Both the position numbers and the translations under genes were made by a program. DNA of 64,000 nucleotides from Vicinamibacterales bacterium (GTDB lineage: Bacteria; Acidobacteriota; Vicinamibacteria; Vicinamibacterales; UBA8438), in contig OZ242003.1 in NCBI GenBank assembly GCA_965204675.1, forward strand, positions 3,392,375 through 3,456,374. Direction: 5' to 3'. The notes beneath the pieces are model-generated. The model made no database searches. It saw only the letters and a list, made by a program, of their open reading frames with translations, and was not told the DNA's origin. Of the stretch, positions 9,701-17,257 are shown one piece after another. Position 1 is the stretch's first letter. Each line of letters starts with the position of its first letter.

Positions 9701-9793
9701 CTCGGCCGGCGCGAGCCCGAGGCAGCCCGCGACGACCTCGGTCACGCGGTCGCGCACCCCTTGGGCCACGGGTGAGGTCGGGTTCAGGGACAT
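6722..9793 (-). CDS. Tri-domain protein: acyl carrier (PP-binding) - thioester reductase (NAD-binding) - APH/choline-kinase-like phosphotransferase
   Basis: - ACP: LYGLDSLRSVEL.
- Reductase: LLTGATGFLGAHLL and YAQSKCVAE.
- Linker: 7x pentapeptide (PAANR).
- Kinase: LIHNDFSPRNA and AYDWELA.
- ATG at 9793. Confidence 0.8.
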   Translation of the reverse strand: MSLNPTSPVAQGVRDRVTEVVAGCLGLAPAEIDPREPLALYGLDSLRSVELGVELEDAFRRPLSDELLTDHPSVDALVRRLESGEQPARRRDDDRAIDLMRNDGVLPPDIRPEAAPAQSRERLPPGPCRSGRRPGAAPAPSRERVLLTGATGFLGAHLLRALLTETGAEVLCLVRTGDADVVRVDDADVASRRVRRSLERYRLWDDAFGRRIRTVTGDLSQPGLGLAGGARAAIASTVDTVYHAAADVNWVSPYGALRAANVVATRELLRLACRGRPKAFHFVSSLSVCHAVGGPRLVAEDDDLFGRLEGLPLGYAQSKCVAEALVRQARARGLRASIHRPALLTGDSASGVSKHDDLVSSLFKGCIRMGTAPDLDWRIDAVPVDQAARAIVHLSATAPQPAHRRLTPPPGAQPTLQESAPFHRADSHGVATFHESARQARRWRECVLWMNLYGYPVRLAPYDHWAEQLARDAARPDHALHRLRGFFLRRRPDGTAVPELYQEARSSAPRSTRTQALLAEAGLDFHRLDAGLLGRYFDEYVAAGFLPPPRRGPRPAANRPAAHRTAANRTATNPLSAKRPAANRPVANRPASSRPSASPPAPPADPDRARFEPMLRRHFGDDSLAVTGATRYAHGAEHSVIAELGGWRGRGRTGLSRYRLDVAGRGSVRPLDVVTKVKPADRELIEVAEAMADTCDAGLGRAVRRFRERIGLRGAHLRELALYAEPDERLRRHTPVCYGTWRDDARREWGLVLERLDGDVLLDATDDPTVWTLDRVGAAVDGLAEIHAVWLGREDNLRNRPWIGHVATSRSMVEMTPLWRALADHAAPRLAEWAGPALVRTHRALVDSLGTWWPRLETAARTLIHNDFSPRNAAIRGAGASARLCAYDWELATVGAPQCDLAHFLCFVLDPGVRRGEAARYVERHRAALAAAGGARLDPCAWRAGFGAALADLLVNRLMFYAMIDRVRPLRFLPRIVRTWRRLHDLFGAWPPVAEDSAAFDPRCAGPGATPGPAADRGEGNGS
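8027..8131 (-). repeat. In-frame 15-nt tandem repeat x7 (PAANR-like pentapeptide linker between reductase and kinase domains)
   Basis: Units of the type GGTTGGCCGCNGGNN on the plus strand; translated as RPAANRPAAHRTAANRTATNPLSAKRPAANRPVANRP. Confidence 0.8.
8513..8596 (-). repeat. ~85-nt hairpin repeat element (family E) inserted in-frame in the reductase domain
   Basis: GGAGTCTGCGCGGTGGAACGGCGCGGACTCC...GGTTGGTTGGGCGCCCGGCGGAG...GACGATGGGCGGGC matches the copies at 50486, 50570, 51205 and 59591. It is translated as AHRRLTPPPGAQPTLQESAPFHRADSHG. Confidence 0.8.
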
Positions 9794-11721
9794 GCCGCCT
9801 CCTGTGCGCCCGATGCCGCGAGCCCGACCGGCGGCCCCGCCGCGGGGGCGGCGCGCGCCTCGTCGGCGGGTGGTCCCGCCGCTGGGGCGCGCGCCACGCC
9901 GGCGGGCGGCTGACGCCAGATCGCGATGGCCTCGAGGTTCCCCGCCAGCAGGGCGTCCCGACACGCGAAGCGCTTCACCTTGCCGCTGGTCGTCTTCTCG
10001 ACGCCGCCCGGCGGGACCAGCGTGACCGCGCTCAACTGGACCCCGTGGGCCTCGGTGACGCCGCTTCGAATGGCGTCGATCGCCGCCTGCGCGGCGGCCG
10101 GGGACCCGAGCTCGCGGGGGTCGACCTCCGCGACGAGGGCGATCCGGTCCCCCGAGACGCAGCGGTCCGCCGCGAACGCGGCCGCGCAACCGGGCCGCAC
10201 GGCGCGGTGCCGGCCCTCGGCGGTCCGCTCCAGGTCCTGGGGGTAGTGCTTCGCCCCCCGGACGATCAGCAGGTCCTTCAGGCGGCCCGTGACGCGCACG
10301 CCGTCGCCGTCGACGGCGCCGAGGTCTCCAGTCCGGAGGAAGGGGCCCCGGCCGTCGGCCGTGCGCGCCGCGAACGTGCGCGCCGACTGCGCGGGCCGGT
10401 TCCAGTAGCCGGCGGCGACGCCCGGGCCGCCGACCCAGAGCTCGCCGACCTCGCCGTCCGCGCGCCGGCGGCCGCTCCGGGGATCGACGGCGATGACCGT
10501 GGTCCCCGGGTCGGGGCGGCCGCAGGAGACGCCGGGCTCGTGACCCCCGCCGGGCTCGTGGCCGCCGCCGGGCTCGTGGCCGCCGCCGGGCTCGTGGCCG
10601 CTGCCGGGCTCGTGCGCTGGCGGTCGGGGCGCGCTTGCGCGGTAGCGGCCGCTCGTCACGAGCAGCGTCGCCTCGGCCAGCCCGTAGCACGGCCGGAACG
10701 CGCTCGGCGCGAAGCCGCTGTCCGCGAACGCGGCGGCGAACCGCTCGAGGGTGCTTCGCCGGACCGGCTCGGCGCCGTTGTAGGCGTCGCGCCAATTGCG
10801 GAGATCGAGGGCGGCGCGCTCGTCGACCGCGATACGCCGGACGCACAGGTCGTACGCGAAGTTCGGGCCGCCGCTACGGGTCGCCCGGTACCGGGTGATC
10901 GCCTTCAGCCACCGGACCGGCCTCTGCAGGAACGCGGTCGGCGACATCAGGTAGGCGGGACACCCGCTGAATACGGGTTGCAGCACCCCGTCGATCAGCC
11001 CCATGTCGTGGACGACGGGCAGCCACGACACCGACACCGTCGAGCTGTCGTTCCCGGCCTGGCGGAAGGCGCAGGCGAGGTTGTGCAGCAGGTTGGCGTG
11101 GGTGACCATCACGCCCCGCGGGGCCGCCGTCGAGCCGGAGGTGTACTGCAGAAAGGCGAGGGTGCGGCCGGCCGCCCCGGGGTCGCGCCAGGCCCGTGCG
11201 GCGGACGCGTCGAGGGCGTCGGTCGCCACCCAGGCCGCCGCCCCGTCCCGGGCACGCCGCCCGCCCGAGGGCCTCGAGAGGGCCGGCGCGGCCCCCGCCG
11301 CCACCGCCCGTGCCCAACGCTCGATGGTCCTGGTCGGGCCCAGCACGACTTCCGGCCGCGCGTCGTCCACCACCGCGACGGCCCGCGCGAGGTTGCGGTC
11401 GGGGGACCGCCACCGCGGCGGGAAGACGGGGACCGCCGCGACCCGCGCATACAGGCACCCGAAGAACGCCGCGACGAAATCGAGCCCCGGCGGGTACATC
11501 AGCAGCGCCCTCGCCCCCGGCCGTGCGCGGACCCGGAGGACCGCGGCGACCGTGCGGCTCCGGCGGTCGAGCTCGGCATAGGTGACCGCGTCGCTCTCGT
11601 GCTCGCCGTCGCGGAGGAAGACGAACGCGTCGTCGTTCGGCTGCACGCGCGCCCGGAACCGCAGGAGCTCGACGAGCGACCGGCCGCTGAAGGCGGTTCC
11701 GCGCGGCGTTTCGGAGGCCAT
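9784..11721 (-). CDS. Fatty acyl-AMP ligase (FAAL-type adenylating enzyme)
   Basis: Motifs: LQYTSGSTAAPRGVMVTH, YGLAEATL, TGDLG, LIVRGAKHYPQD and the terminal KTTSGKVKR. ATG at 11721. Confidence 0.85.
   Translation of the reverse strand: MASETPRGTAFSGRSLVELLRFRARVQPNDDAFVFLRDGEHESDAVTYAELDRRSRTVAAVLRVRARPGARALLMYPPGLDFVAAFFGCLYARVAAVPVFPPRWRSPDRNLARAVAVVDDARPEVVLGPTRTIERWARAVAAGAAPALSRPSGGRRARDGAAAWVATDALDASAARAWRDPGAAGRTLAFLQYTSGSTAAPRGVMVTHANLLHNLACAFRQAGNDSSTVSVSWLPVVHDMGLIDGVLQPVFSGCPAYLMSPTAFLQRPVRWLKAITRYRATRSGGPNFAYDLCVRRIAVDERAALDLRNWRDAYNGAEPVRRSTLERFAAAFADSGFAPSAFRPCYGLAEATLLVTSGRYRASAPRPPAHEPGSGHEPGGGHEPGGGHEPGGGHEPGVSCGRPDPGTTVIAVDPRSGRRRADGEVGELWVGGPGVAAGYWNRPAQSARTFAARTADGRGPFLRTGDLGAVDGDGVRVTGRLKDLLIVRGAKHYPQDLERTAEGRHRAVRPGCAAAFAADRCVSGDRIALVAEVDPRELGSPAAAQAAIDAIRSGVTEAHGVQLSAVTLVPPGGVEKTTSGKVKRFACRDALLAGNLEAIAIWRQPPAGVARAPAAGPPADEARAAPAAGPPVGLAASGAQEAACP
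10531..10614 (-). repeat. In-frame 18-nt tandem repeat (~4.7 copies) encoding (HEPGGG)n inside the FAAL
   Basis: gccgggctcgtggccgcc units; protein AHEPGSGHEPGGGHEPGGGHEPGGGHEPG. Confidence 0.85.
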
Positions 11722-11726
11722 GGGCG

Positions 11727-12569
11727 TCACCACCCCCGGGCTCCGTCGCCCACCGGCGCGGCCGCGCCGACGACGGTCGGGCGGGGCGCGGGCCGCTCGG
11801 GCCGCTCGCCGCGCCGCTCGCGGTGCCATTCGATGAACCTCCGGCGGACCGCCCGCGTGTTCGCGGCGAGATCGGCGAGCCGCCAGTCGGCGGTGTCGAT
11901 GGCCGGCATGACGTGGACCCGCACCGTGCCCGGCCGGGCGTCGTAGCCGCGGCCCGGATCGATCTCCGGGGGTATCTCGAGGTAGAGCGGCACGATTGGC
12001 GCCCCGAGGCTGGTGGCGAGGTGGAACGCGCCCTTGTTGAAGCGGCCGATGCCGCCGGACGTGATTCGGGCCCCCTCGGGACTCAGATAGACGGATTCGC
12101 CGGACCGGCGCAGGGCGCGGTCCGCCCGCTGGAAGATCCGGACCCGCTCGGCCGGCCGGGTCTGGGGCACGGTGAAGAAGGTGCCCATCAGTTGCGCGAT
12201 GAAGCCCAGGGGCAACAGCTTCCGGAGCTCCCCCGCCAGGAAGAAGCGGGTGTCGGGGAGGCCCAGCGCCACCAGGACGAACAGGTCGATCGTCGACGAG
12301 TGGTTCGAGACGTACACCGTCTGCGCGGCCGGGAACGGCCGGTCGCGGTGGACCACCACCCGCAGGCCCCACACGCGGAGCACCGCGCGCGCCGCGAGGG
12401 TCGCCGCGCGCGCGTAGAGGCGGCGCGCCCGGAACAGCGTCAGGCAGGCGACGAGCACGAGGGCGAGGGCGACCCCGCTCAGGAGCGCGGCGGTGACCGC
12501 CGCCAACGCCGCGAGACGTACCCGGCGGGGGCGCCTCGCCGGCAGGATGGTCCGCGCGGGATCGTTCAT
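11727..12569 (-). CDS. Lysophospholipid/glycerol-phosphate acyltransferase (PlsC family)
   Basis: N-terminal TM segment, NHSSTID (HX4D) and SPEGAR motifs. Its ATG overlaps the upstream stop (ATGA at 12566-12569). Confidence 0.8.
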   Translation of the reverse strand: MNDPARTILPARRPRRVRLAALAAVTAALLSGVALALVLVACLTLFRARRLYARAATLAARAVLRVWGLRVVVHRDRPFPAAQTVYVSNHSSTIDLFVLVALGLPDTRFFLAGELRKLLPLGFIAQLMGTFFTVPQTRPAERVRIFQRADRALRRSGESVYLSPEGARITSGGIGRFNKGAFHLATSLGAPIVPLYLEIPPEIDPGRGYDARPGTVRVHVMPAIDTADWRLADLAANTRAVRRRFIEWHRERRGERPERPAPRPTVVGAAAPVGDGARGW

Positions 12570-13576
12570 GGCCGCCTCCGGCAGACGACGGTCTGCATCG
12601 CGAGGTTGCATCGCCTGACCAGCGACAGCACCGGCTGCAGCATGAGCTGCCCGGCGAAGTACGGGTAGATGGCGCGGCGCATGTTCAGCCCGCGCCCCTT
12701 CAGCACGCGGAACGCGACGCCGCAGAACAGGTAGAAGTACGGCGGAAACGCGCCGTAGGGCAGGTAGTCGACGACCTCGAGATCGGCCCTCTCGACCATT
12801 CGCAGCAGGGCCGCCCGGTCGTAGAGCGCGGTGTGCTGGGGCGCCTGCAGGCCCGGCCACCGGTCCCCGAACAGGCGGAACGTCAGGCTGTCGAGCCGCG
12901 GCACCTCGATGACCAGCCGCCCCTCGTCCTTGAGGGCGCGGCGCGCGGAGATCAGCGACGGCAGGGGCGCGTAGTCGTGCTCGAGGAAGTGCCACATCGT
13001 GACGAGGTCGAACCGGCCGGCGCCCACGTCCTGCTCGTGGAACGGGCCGCAGTGGAACTCGACCCCGCGCAGCGCGGGGCGGTCGGCGAGGTCGACGAAG
13101 TCGACGCCGACCCCGGCCGCGCCGTGCCGGGCCCGGAGGCCGGCGAGGAACGTGCCGGCGCCGCAGCCCACGTCGAGCACCGTGCTCGACGCGTCGAGGG
13201 CCAGGTACCGGCGGCAGATCCGCAGCTTCTCGCGGTCGACGGCCCCCATCGCCCACCGGAACAGGGGAGCCATCCAGCCCCAGTCGGAGCCCGGCCGGTG
13301 GGCCAGGTAGTCCTCGTCGTAGTAGTCCTTGACGCGCTCGATGGTCAGCCGGGGCGTCTGGTACACGAGGCCGCAGGCCCGGCAGCACCGGAACGTGAAG
13401 CGGCCGGGGCGCCCCGTCAGGTCGTCCTCGGCGGTGATGAAGGGGTCCGACGCGGCGTGGCCGCAGCCGCAGCAGGCCACGGCCTCGAAGTCCCGACCGT
13501 CCCCGGGATCGTTGCCGACGCGCGGCCGGGGCCGCGCATCGACGGCGGAATCGATCGCGATCGTCGTGGAGTTCAT
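12566..13576 (-). CDS. Class I SAM-dependent methyltransferase with N-terminal Cys4 zinc-ribbon
   Basis: CCGCG...CCRACG followed by VLDVGCGAGTF (motif I) and LVIEVP. ATG at 13576 is preceded by GGAGAGCGGAG. Confidence 0.75.
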   Translation of the reverse strand: MNSTTIAIDSAVDARPRPRVGNDPGDGRDFEAVACCGCGHAASDPFITAEDDLTGRPGRFTFRCCRACGLVYQTPRLTIERVKDYYDEDYLAHRPGSDWGWMAPLFRWAMGAVDREKLRICRRYLALDASSTVLDVGCGAGTFLAGLRARHGAAGVGVDFVDLADRPALRGVEFHCGPFHEQDVGAGRFDLVTMWHFLEHDYAPLPSLISARRALKDEGRLVIEVPRLDSLTFRLFGDRWPGLQAPQHTALYDRAALLRMVERADLEVVDYLPYGAFPPYFYLFCGVAFRVLKGRGLNMRRAIYPYFAGQLMLQPVLSLVRRCNLAMQTVVCRRRP

Positions 13577-13740
13577 GGCAGTGCTCCGCTCTCCGTGCGG
13601 CGCCCATCGCCGGACGGGCGCGTTGGCTTCGTCGTGGAGTTCATGGCAGTGCTCCGCTCTCCGTGCGGCGTCCATCGGCGGACGGCGTGGGTTGGCGGCT
13701 CCGAGGTGTCGTTCGTGGCGGTGCTCCGCTCTCCGCAGGC
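13561..13740 (-). repeat. Tandem duplication (68 nt, 72 nt, ~2.5 copies) of the RBS + ATGA stop/start junction upstream of the methyltransferase
   Basis: ttcatggcagtgctccgctctccgtgcggcg occurs at 13572 and 13640, with a degenerate third copy at 13712. Confidence 0.85.
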
Positions 13741-14282
13741 CGGTTGTGATGCACCTCGTACCCGATCGCCGCCGCGTACATCACCGCCATCGCGAGGGCC
13801 AGCGGAGGCGTCCGCGGCGCACCGGCGGCCGCCGCGACGAGGGCGACGAAGACGGGATACTTGGCCAGCAGCACGCCGAAGCGCCAGAGGCGGTCGGACA
13901 CGCGGGCGCGCAGCCGGTAGGCCGCGAGGAAGGCCACGTCCAGAACGGCGAGTCCGGCCGCGGCGACCGCGGACCGCGCCGCCAGGACGACGAGGTTACC
14001 GACCCCGATGGCGACGAGCGCGCGCCGGAACGGCGCGGGCGGCACGACGACCAGAATCCGTTCGGGATGGGTCGCCCGGTCCCGGTCGCGATCTTCGAGG
14101 TCGTCCCAGAGCCGGAACTGCAGCAGGAGGAGGGCGGCGAGGCCGGCCGCCGCCGCGAGCCGTGCCGGCGTCGGCTCCGCGCCGGCCGCCCACAGCGCCA
14201 GCCCCACGTGCAGCGCAGTGGCGGGGGCGAACACGGCGGGGCGGAACCGCTGGGCGAGGTACGCGGCGAACCGGCCGGTCAT
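13641..14282 (-). CDS. Short polytopic membrane protein with UbiA-superfamily first Asp-rich motif
   Basis: About 6 predicted TM helices. DLEDRDRDRATHPER matches DxxDRxxDxxxxPxR. Its ATG overlaps the upstream stop (ATGA 14279-14282). The last ~30 codons are repeat-derived, so the true C-terminus is uncertain. Confidence 0.6.
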   Translation of the reverse strand: MTGRFAAYLAQRFRPAVFAPATALHVGLALWAAGAEPTPARLAAAAGLAALLLLQFRLWDDLEDRDRDRATHPERILVVVPPAPFRRALVAIGVGNLVVLAARSAVAAAGLAVLDVAFLAAYRLRARVSDRLWRFGVLLAKYPVFVALVAAAAGAPRTPPLALAMAVMYAAAIGYEVHHNRPAESGAPPRTTPRSRQPTPSADGRRTESGALP

Positions 14283-17035
14283 GCGGCGCCTCGCTCGTCC
14301 TCGGGCGCCGCGGCGCTCTCCGCCGTACCCGGGTCGATCGTGCAGACGCCGCGGTCGCCGTCCACGGTGACGCGCTGGCCGGACGCGATGCGGCCGGTCG
14401 CGTTCTCGACCCCGACGACGCAGGGCAGGCCGAACTCGCGCGCGACGATCGCCCCGTGCGAGAGCAGCCCGCCGCGCTCGATCACCAGCCCCGACACCAG
14501 GCCGAACACCGGCGCCCATCCGGGGTCGGTCTGGCGGGTCACCAGCACGTCGCCGCCGCGCAGGCGGGCGGCGTCGCGCACGTCGCCGAGCACCGCGGCG
14601 GGGCCCGACGCGGCGCCGCCGCACGCGCCCGTCCCGCGCAGCGTCGAGGGGCGGGGACACGGCTCGTCGCCCTGGTCCTCCCGTCCGCGCGGGATCGATC
14701 CGAAACCCGGGGCGAGGTACTCCCCCGCCGGCAGGGCGAGCGTCGCGGGGGGGCGCATGGCCCCCAGCGCCGCGTGCTCCCGCCGCCGTAGGGCGACGAG
14801 GTCGGGAACGCCGTACGGGAACATCGCGCGGCCCGCCCCGAGCGCCTCGATCTCCTGCCAGGTCAGCATGAAGACGTCGTCCGGCTTCGCGAGGCGCCCG
14901 TCGGCGGCCAGGCGCCGGCCGATGGCCAGCGCGACCCGCCGGAGGCGCGTGTAGAGCAGGGCCTGCTTCAGGCGGGCCCGCTCGCGGTAGGCGACGCTGG
15001 CCTGCGCCGCGCGCAGCAGCCAGCGCACCGCGAGGGCCAGGGCCGGGGACCGCCGGGCCAGGGTCCTCGTCACCCGGGACGTCTCCTCCACGCGCCCGGC
15101 CGCCTGCCGCGCCATCACCGCCGCCGGCGGCTCTCCGTCGCTGGCCGCGTACTGCCGGAGCAGCTCGATGACCGGGGCCGGGTCCTCCTGGAGGCTCGGC
15201 AAGGTCAGCATCAGCTCGGCCGACGAGCGGAACCCCCAGTCCTCCAGGAACCGGTCGAGCTCGCGCCGGAACCCCGCGAACCGGTCGTCGCCGCGGACCG
15301 CTTCCAGGATCGCCGGCGTCTCGCCGCTCGCGAACAGCCGGTCCAGCCGCGCGTCCGAGCGGATGAGGCGCGAGAGCGCCCAGAGGCGCAGGGGCGGCGT
15401 CGCCGACGGCACGCCGGGCAGCGCGCGCAGCAGCCGGTTGTGCAGCCCCCCGCGCGCGTCGACGCGCCGGAGCGCGCGCTGCAGCAGCGCGTAGCAGACC
15501 ATCGCCGCCGCGTCGGCGAGCGAGGCGTCCTTCCAGCCGTGGAAGCGGATGTCGAGAAACGACCGGAGATCGTCGAGCAGCCCGCTCGACGAGCGGCGGG
15601 CGAGCCGGTCGGGGTGGGTGCGCGCCGCGAAACGGTCGGCGCGATCCTCGAACGCTTCCAGCCGCCGTCGCAGGAACAGGTACTGCCGGATCGTGCAGGC
15701 CGCCACGCGCAGCAGCTCCGCCGCCTGGCCGACGCGGCCGCGGCCCTCGCCCCACCGCGTCGCGCCCGGGGGCGGCGGGGCGACGTCGTCCGCCCCCACG
15801 AACTGGTTGAACGCCCGCGCCAGCGGTTCTCCGCACGGCGCCATGCGCAGGACCGCGTGGATGCTCGTCAGGTTGTAGTACAGCCGCCCGCCGTGCACGC
15901 CCACGATCGCCGCCAGCGCCGGGTCCATGGCCGCGACCCGTCGGCGGGAGATGCCGAACGCCAGGGCGAGGTTTCGGAAGTAGTGGTAGTAGCCCGGGGC
16001 CACGAACGAGTAGAGCAGCGGGCAGATCGGGGCCGGGAAGTTCTCGTTGACGTTGGCGTTCGACCAGAGCACGGTGGGCCCGGCGGCGCCGGGCGCGTCA
16101 CCCGTCGCGGTGATCGGCCTCGACTGGAGAATCCAGAGCCGCCCGTCGTCGTCGAAGCTCCACTCGACGTCCTGGGGCGCGCCGAGCTCTCGTTCGAGGC
16201 GGAGGGCCGCGCCGGTCAGGGCGCGGACATCGGCCGCGGACAGGAGACCGCCGGGCGCCGGGGCCGACCCGGCCGGCGTCCGACCGGCGCGCGACACGAC
16301 CAGGCGCTCGGGCTCGACGCGCCCCGAGACGAGCCCGTCCGCCAGGCCGCGGCAGCACTCGATCAGGAGATCGTCACCCGACGCGCCGCCCGCGCTGGCC
16401 GGCGCGCGGGTGAAGAGCACGCCCGACACGCGGGCGGACACCTGCCGCTGGATGATGACGGCCATTCCGCCGAGCCCGGCTCGGCGCGCGGCGCGGTAGT
16501 GGAGCGACCGCTCGGACCAGTACGACGCCCAGCAGGCCCGCACCGCGCGCCGCAACGCTTCCTCCCCGGCGACGTGCAGCACCGAGTCGAACTGGCCCGC
16601 GAACGAGGCCGCGGCGCCGTCCTCTCCGACGGCGGAGCTGCGCACCGCCAACGCCCCCGCGGGCAGCTCTCGCGCGGCCGCGTCGAGCGCCTCGGCGACG
16701 GCGGCCGGCAGCGGGCGGCCCATGACCTGGGCGAGGACGGCCTCGGCGATCTCCCGGCGCCCGGCCGCGTCCGTCGGGTCGGGCCGGCGCTCGAGGGCGG
16801 CCGCGCGGGCGCCGAGCCCGTCCGCGGCCAGGAACCGGCGGAACGCCTCGCAGGTCAGGACGCGGCCCGCCGGCACCGGGAACCCGAGCCCGATCAGCTT
16901 CGCCAGGCTCGACGCCTTGCCGCCCGCCTGCCGCGGGTCGAGGGCCTGCCCGAGCGGGACCATCACGGGAGGTCCCGCGGGTCGGTCCGCCGGCGGGCGG
17001 ACCCGGACGGGCTCGAGCGCCGCCGCCCCCGTCAC
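14279..17035 (-). CDS. PEP-utilising/pyruvate-water-dikinase-like phosphotransferase (N-terminal ATP-grasp PPDK_N, C-terminal swivelling phospho-His domain)
   Basis: GGKASSLAKL, VRSSAVGEDG..SFAGQ and DVEWSFDDDGRLWILQSRPIT at the N-terminus. C-terminal DVLVTRQTDPGWAPVF...GGLLSHGAIVAREFGLP. GTG start. Confidence 0.8.
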   Translation of the reverse strand: MTGAAALEPVRVRPPADRPAGPPVMVPLGQALDPRQAGGKASSLAKLIGLGFPVPAGRVLTCEAFRRFLAADGLGARAAALERRPDPTDAAGRREIAEAVLAQVMGRPLPAAVAEALDAAARELPAGALAVRSSAVGEDGAAASFAGQFDSVLHVAGEEALRRAVRACWASYWSERSLHYRAARRAGLGGMAVIIQRQVSARVSGVLFTRAPASAGGASGDDLLIECCRGLADGLVSGRVEPERLVVSRAGRTPAGSAPAPGGLLSAADVRALTGAALRLERELGAPQDVEWSFDDDGRLWILQSRPITATGDAPGAAGPTVLWSNANVNENFPAPICPLLYSFVAPGYYHYFRNLALAFGISRRRVAAMDPALAAIVGVHGGRLYYNLTSIHAVLRMAPCGEPLARAFNQFVGADDVAPPPPGATRWGEGRGRVGQAAELLRVAACTIRQYLFLRRRLEAFEDRADRFAARTHPDRLARRSSSGLLDDLRSFLDIRFHGWKDASLADAAAMVCYALLQRALRRVDARGGLHNRLLRALPGVPSATPPLRLWALSRLIRSDARLDRLFASGETPAILEAVRGDDRFAGFRRELDRFLEDWGFRSSAELMLTLPSLQEDPAPVIELLRQYAASDGEPPAAVMARQAAGRVEETSRVTRTLARRSPALALAVRWLLRAAQASVAYRERARLKQALLYTRLRRVALAIGRRLAADGRLAKPDDVFMLTWQEIEALGAGRAMFPYGVPDLVALRRREHAALGAMRPPATLALPAGEYLAPGFGSIPRGREDQGDEPCPRPSTLRGTGACGGAASGPAAVLGDVRDAARLRGGDVLVTRQTDPGWAPVFGLVSGLVIERGGLLSHGAIVAREFGLPCVVGVENATGRIASGQRVTVDGDRGVCTIDPGTAESAAAPEDERGAA

Positions 17036-17257
17036 GCCGCCCTCGCTTTCACCCGGAGAAGGAACAGGGCGGCGCTGAACCCCGCGTGCACCAGGGGTTC
17101 GGCGAGCAGGACGAAGAGGCAGACCCGCCAGGACATCGGCACCCCCGTCATGCCGCCCTCGCCTTCACCCGGAGAAGGAACAGGGCGGCGCTGAACCCCG
17201 CGTGCACCAGGGGTCCGGCGAGCAGGACGAAGAGGCAGACCTGCCAGGAGACCGGCA
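17026..17257 (-). repeat. Tandem duplication (2 x 116 nt) of the CarS-like 3' end / dikinase-like start junction
   Basis: Copies at 17026-17141 and 17142-17257 are ~93% identical. One carries GTGACGGGGG and the other ATGACGGGGG. Confidence 0.9.

Noticed and set aside
9784-12372. N-terminal 217-aa extension of the FAAL ORF, and similar extensions of ORFs 11727..13607, 13641..15836, 17148..18587 and 6722..10846
   Set aside because: The extensions are low-complexity and overlap the real upstream genes. Internal ATG/GTG starts give 4-nt stop/start overlaps and intact N-terminal motifs.
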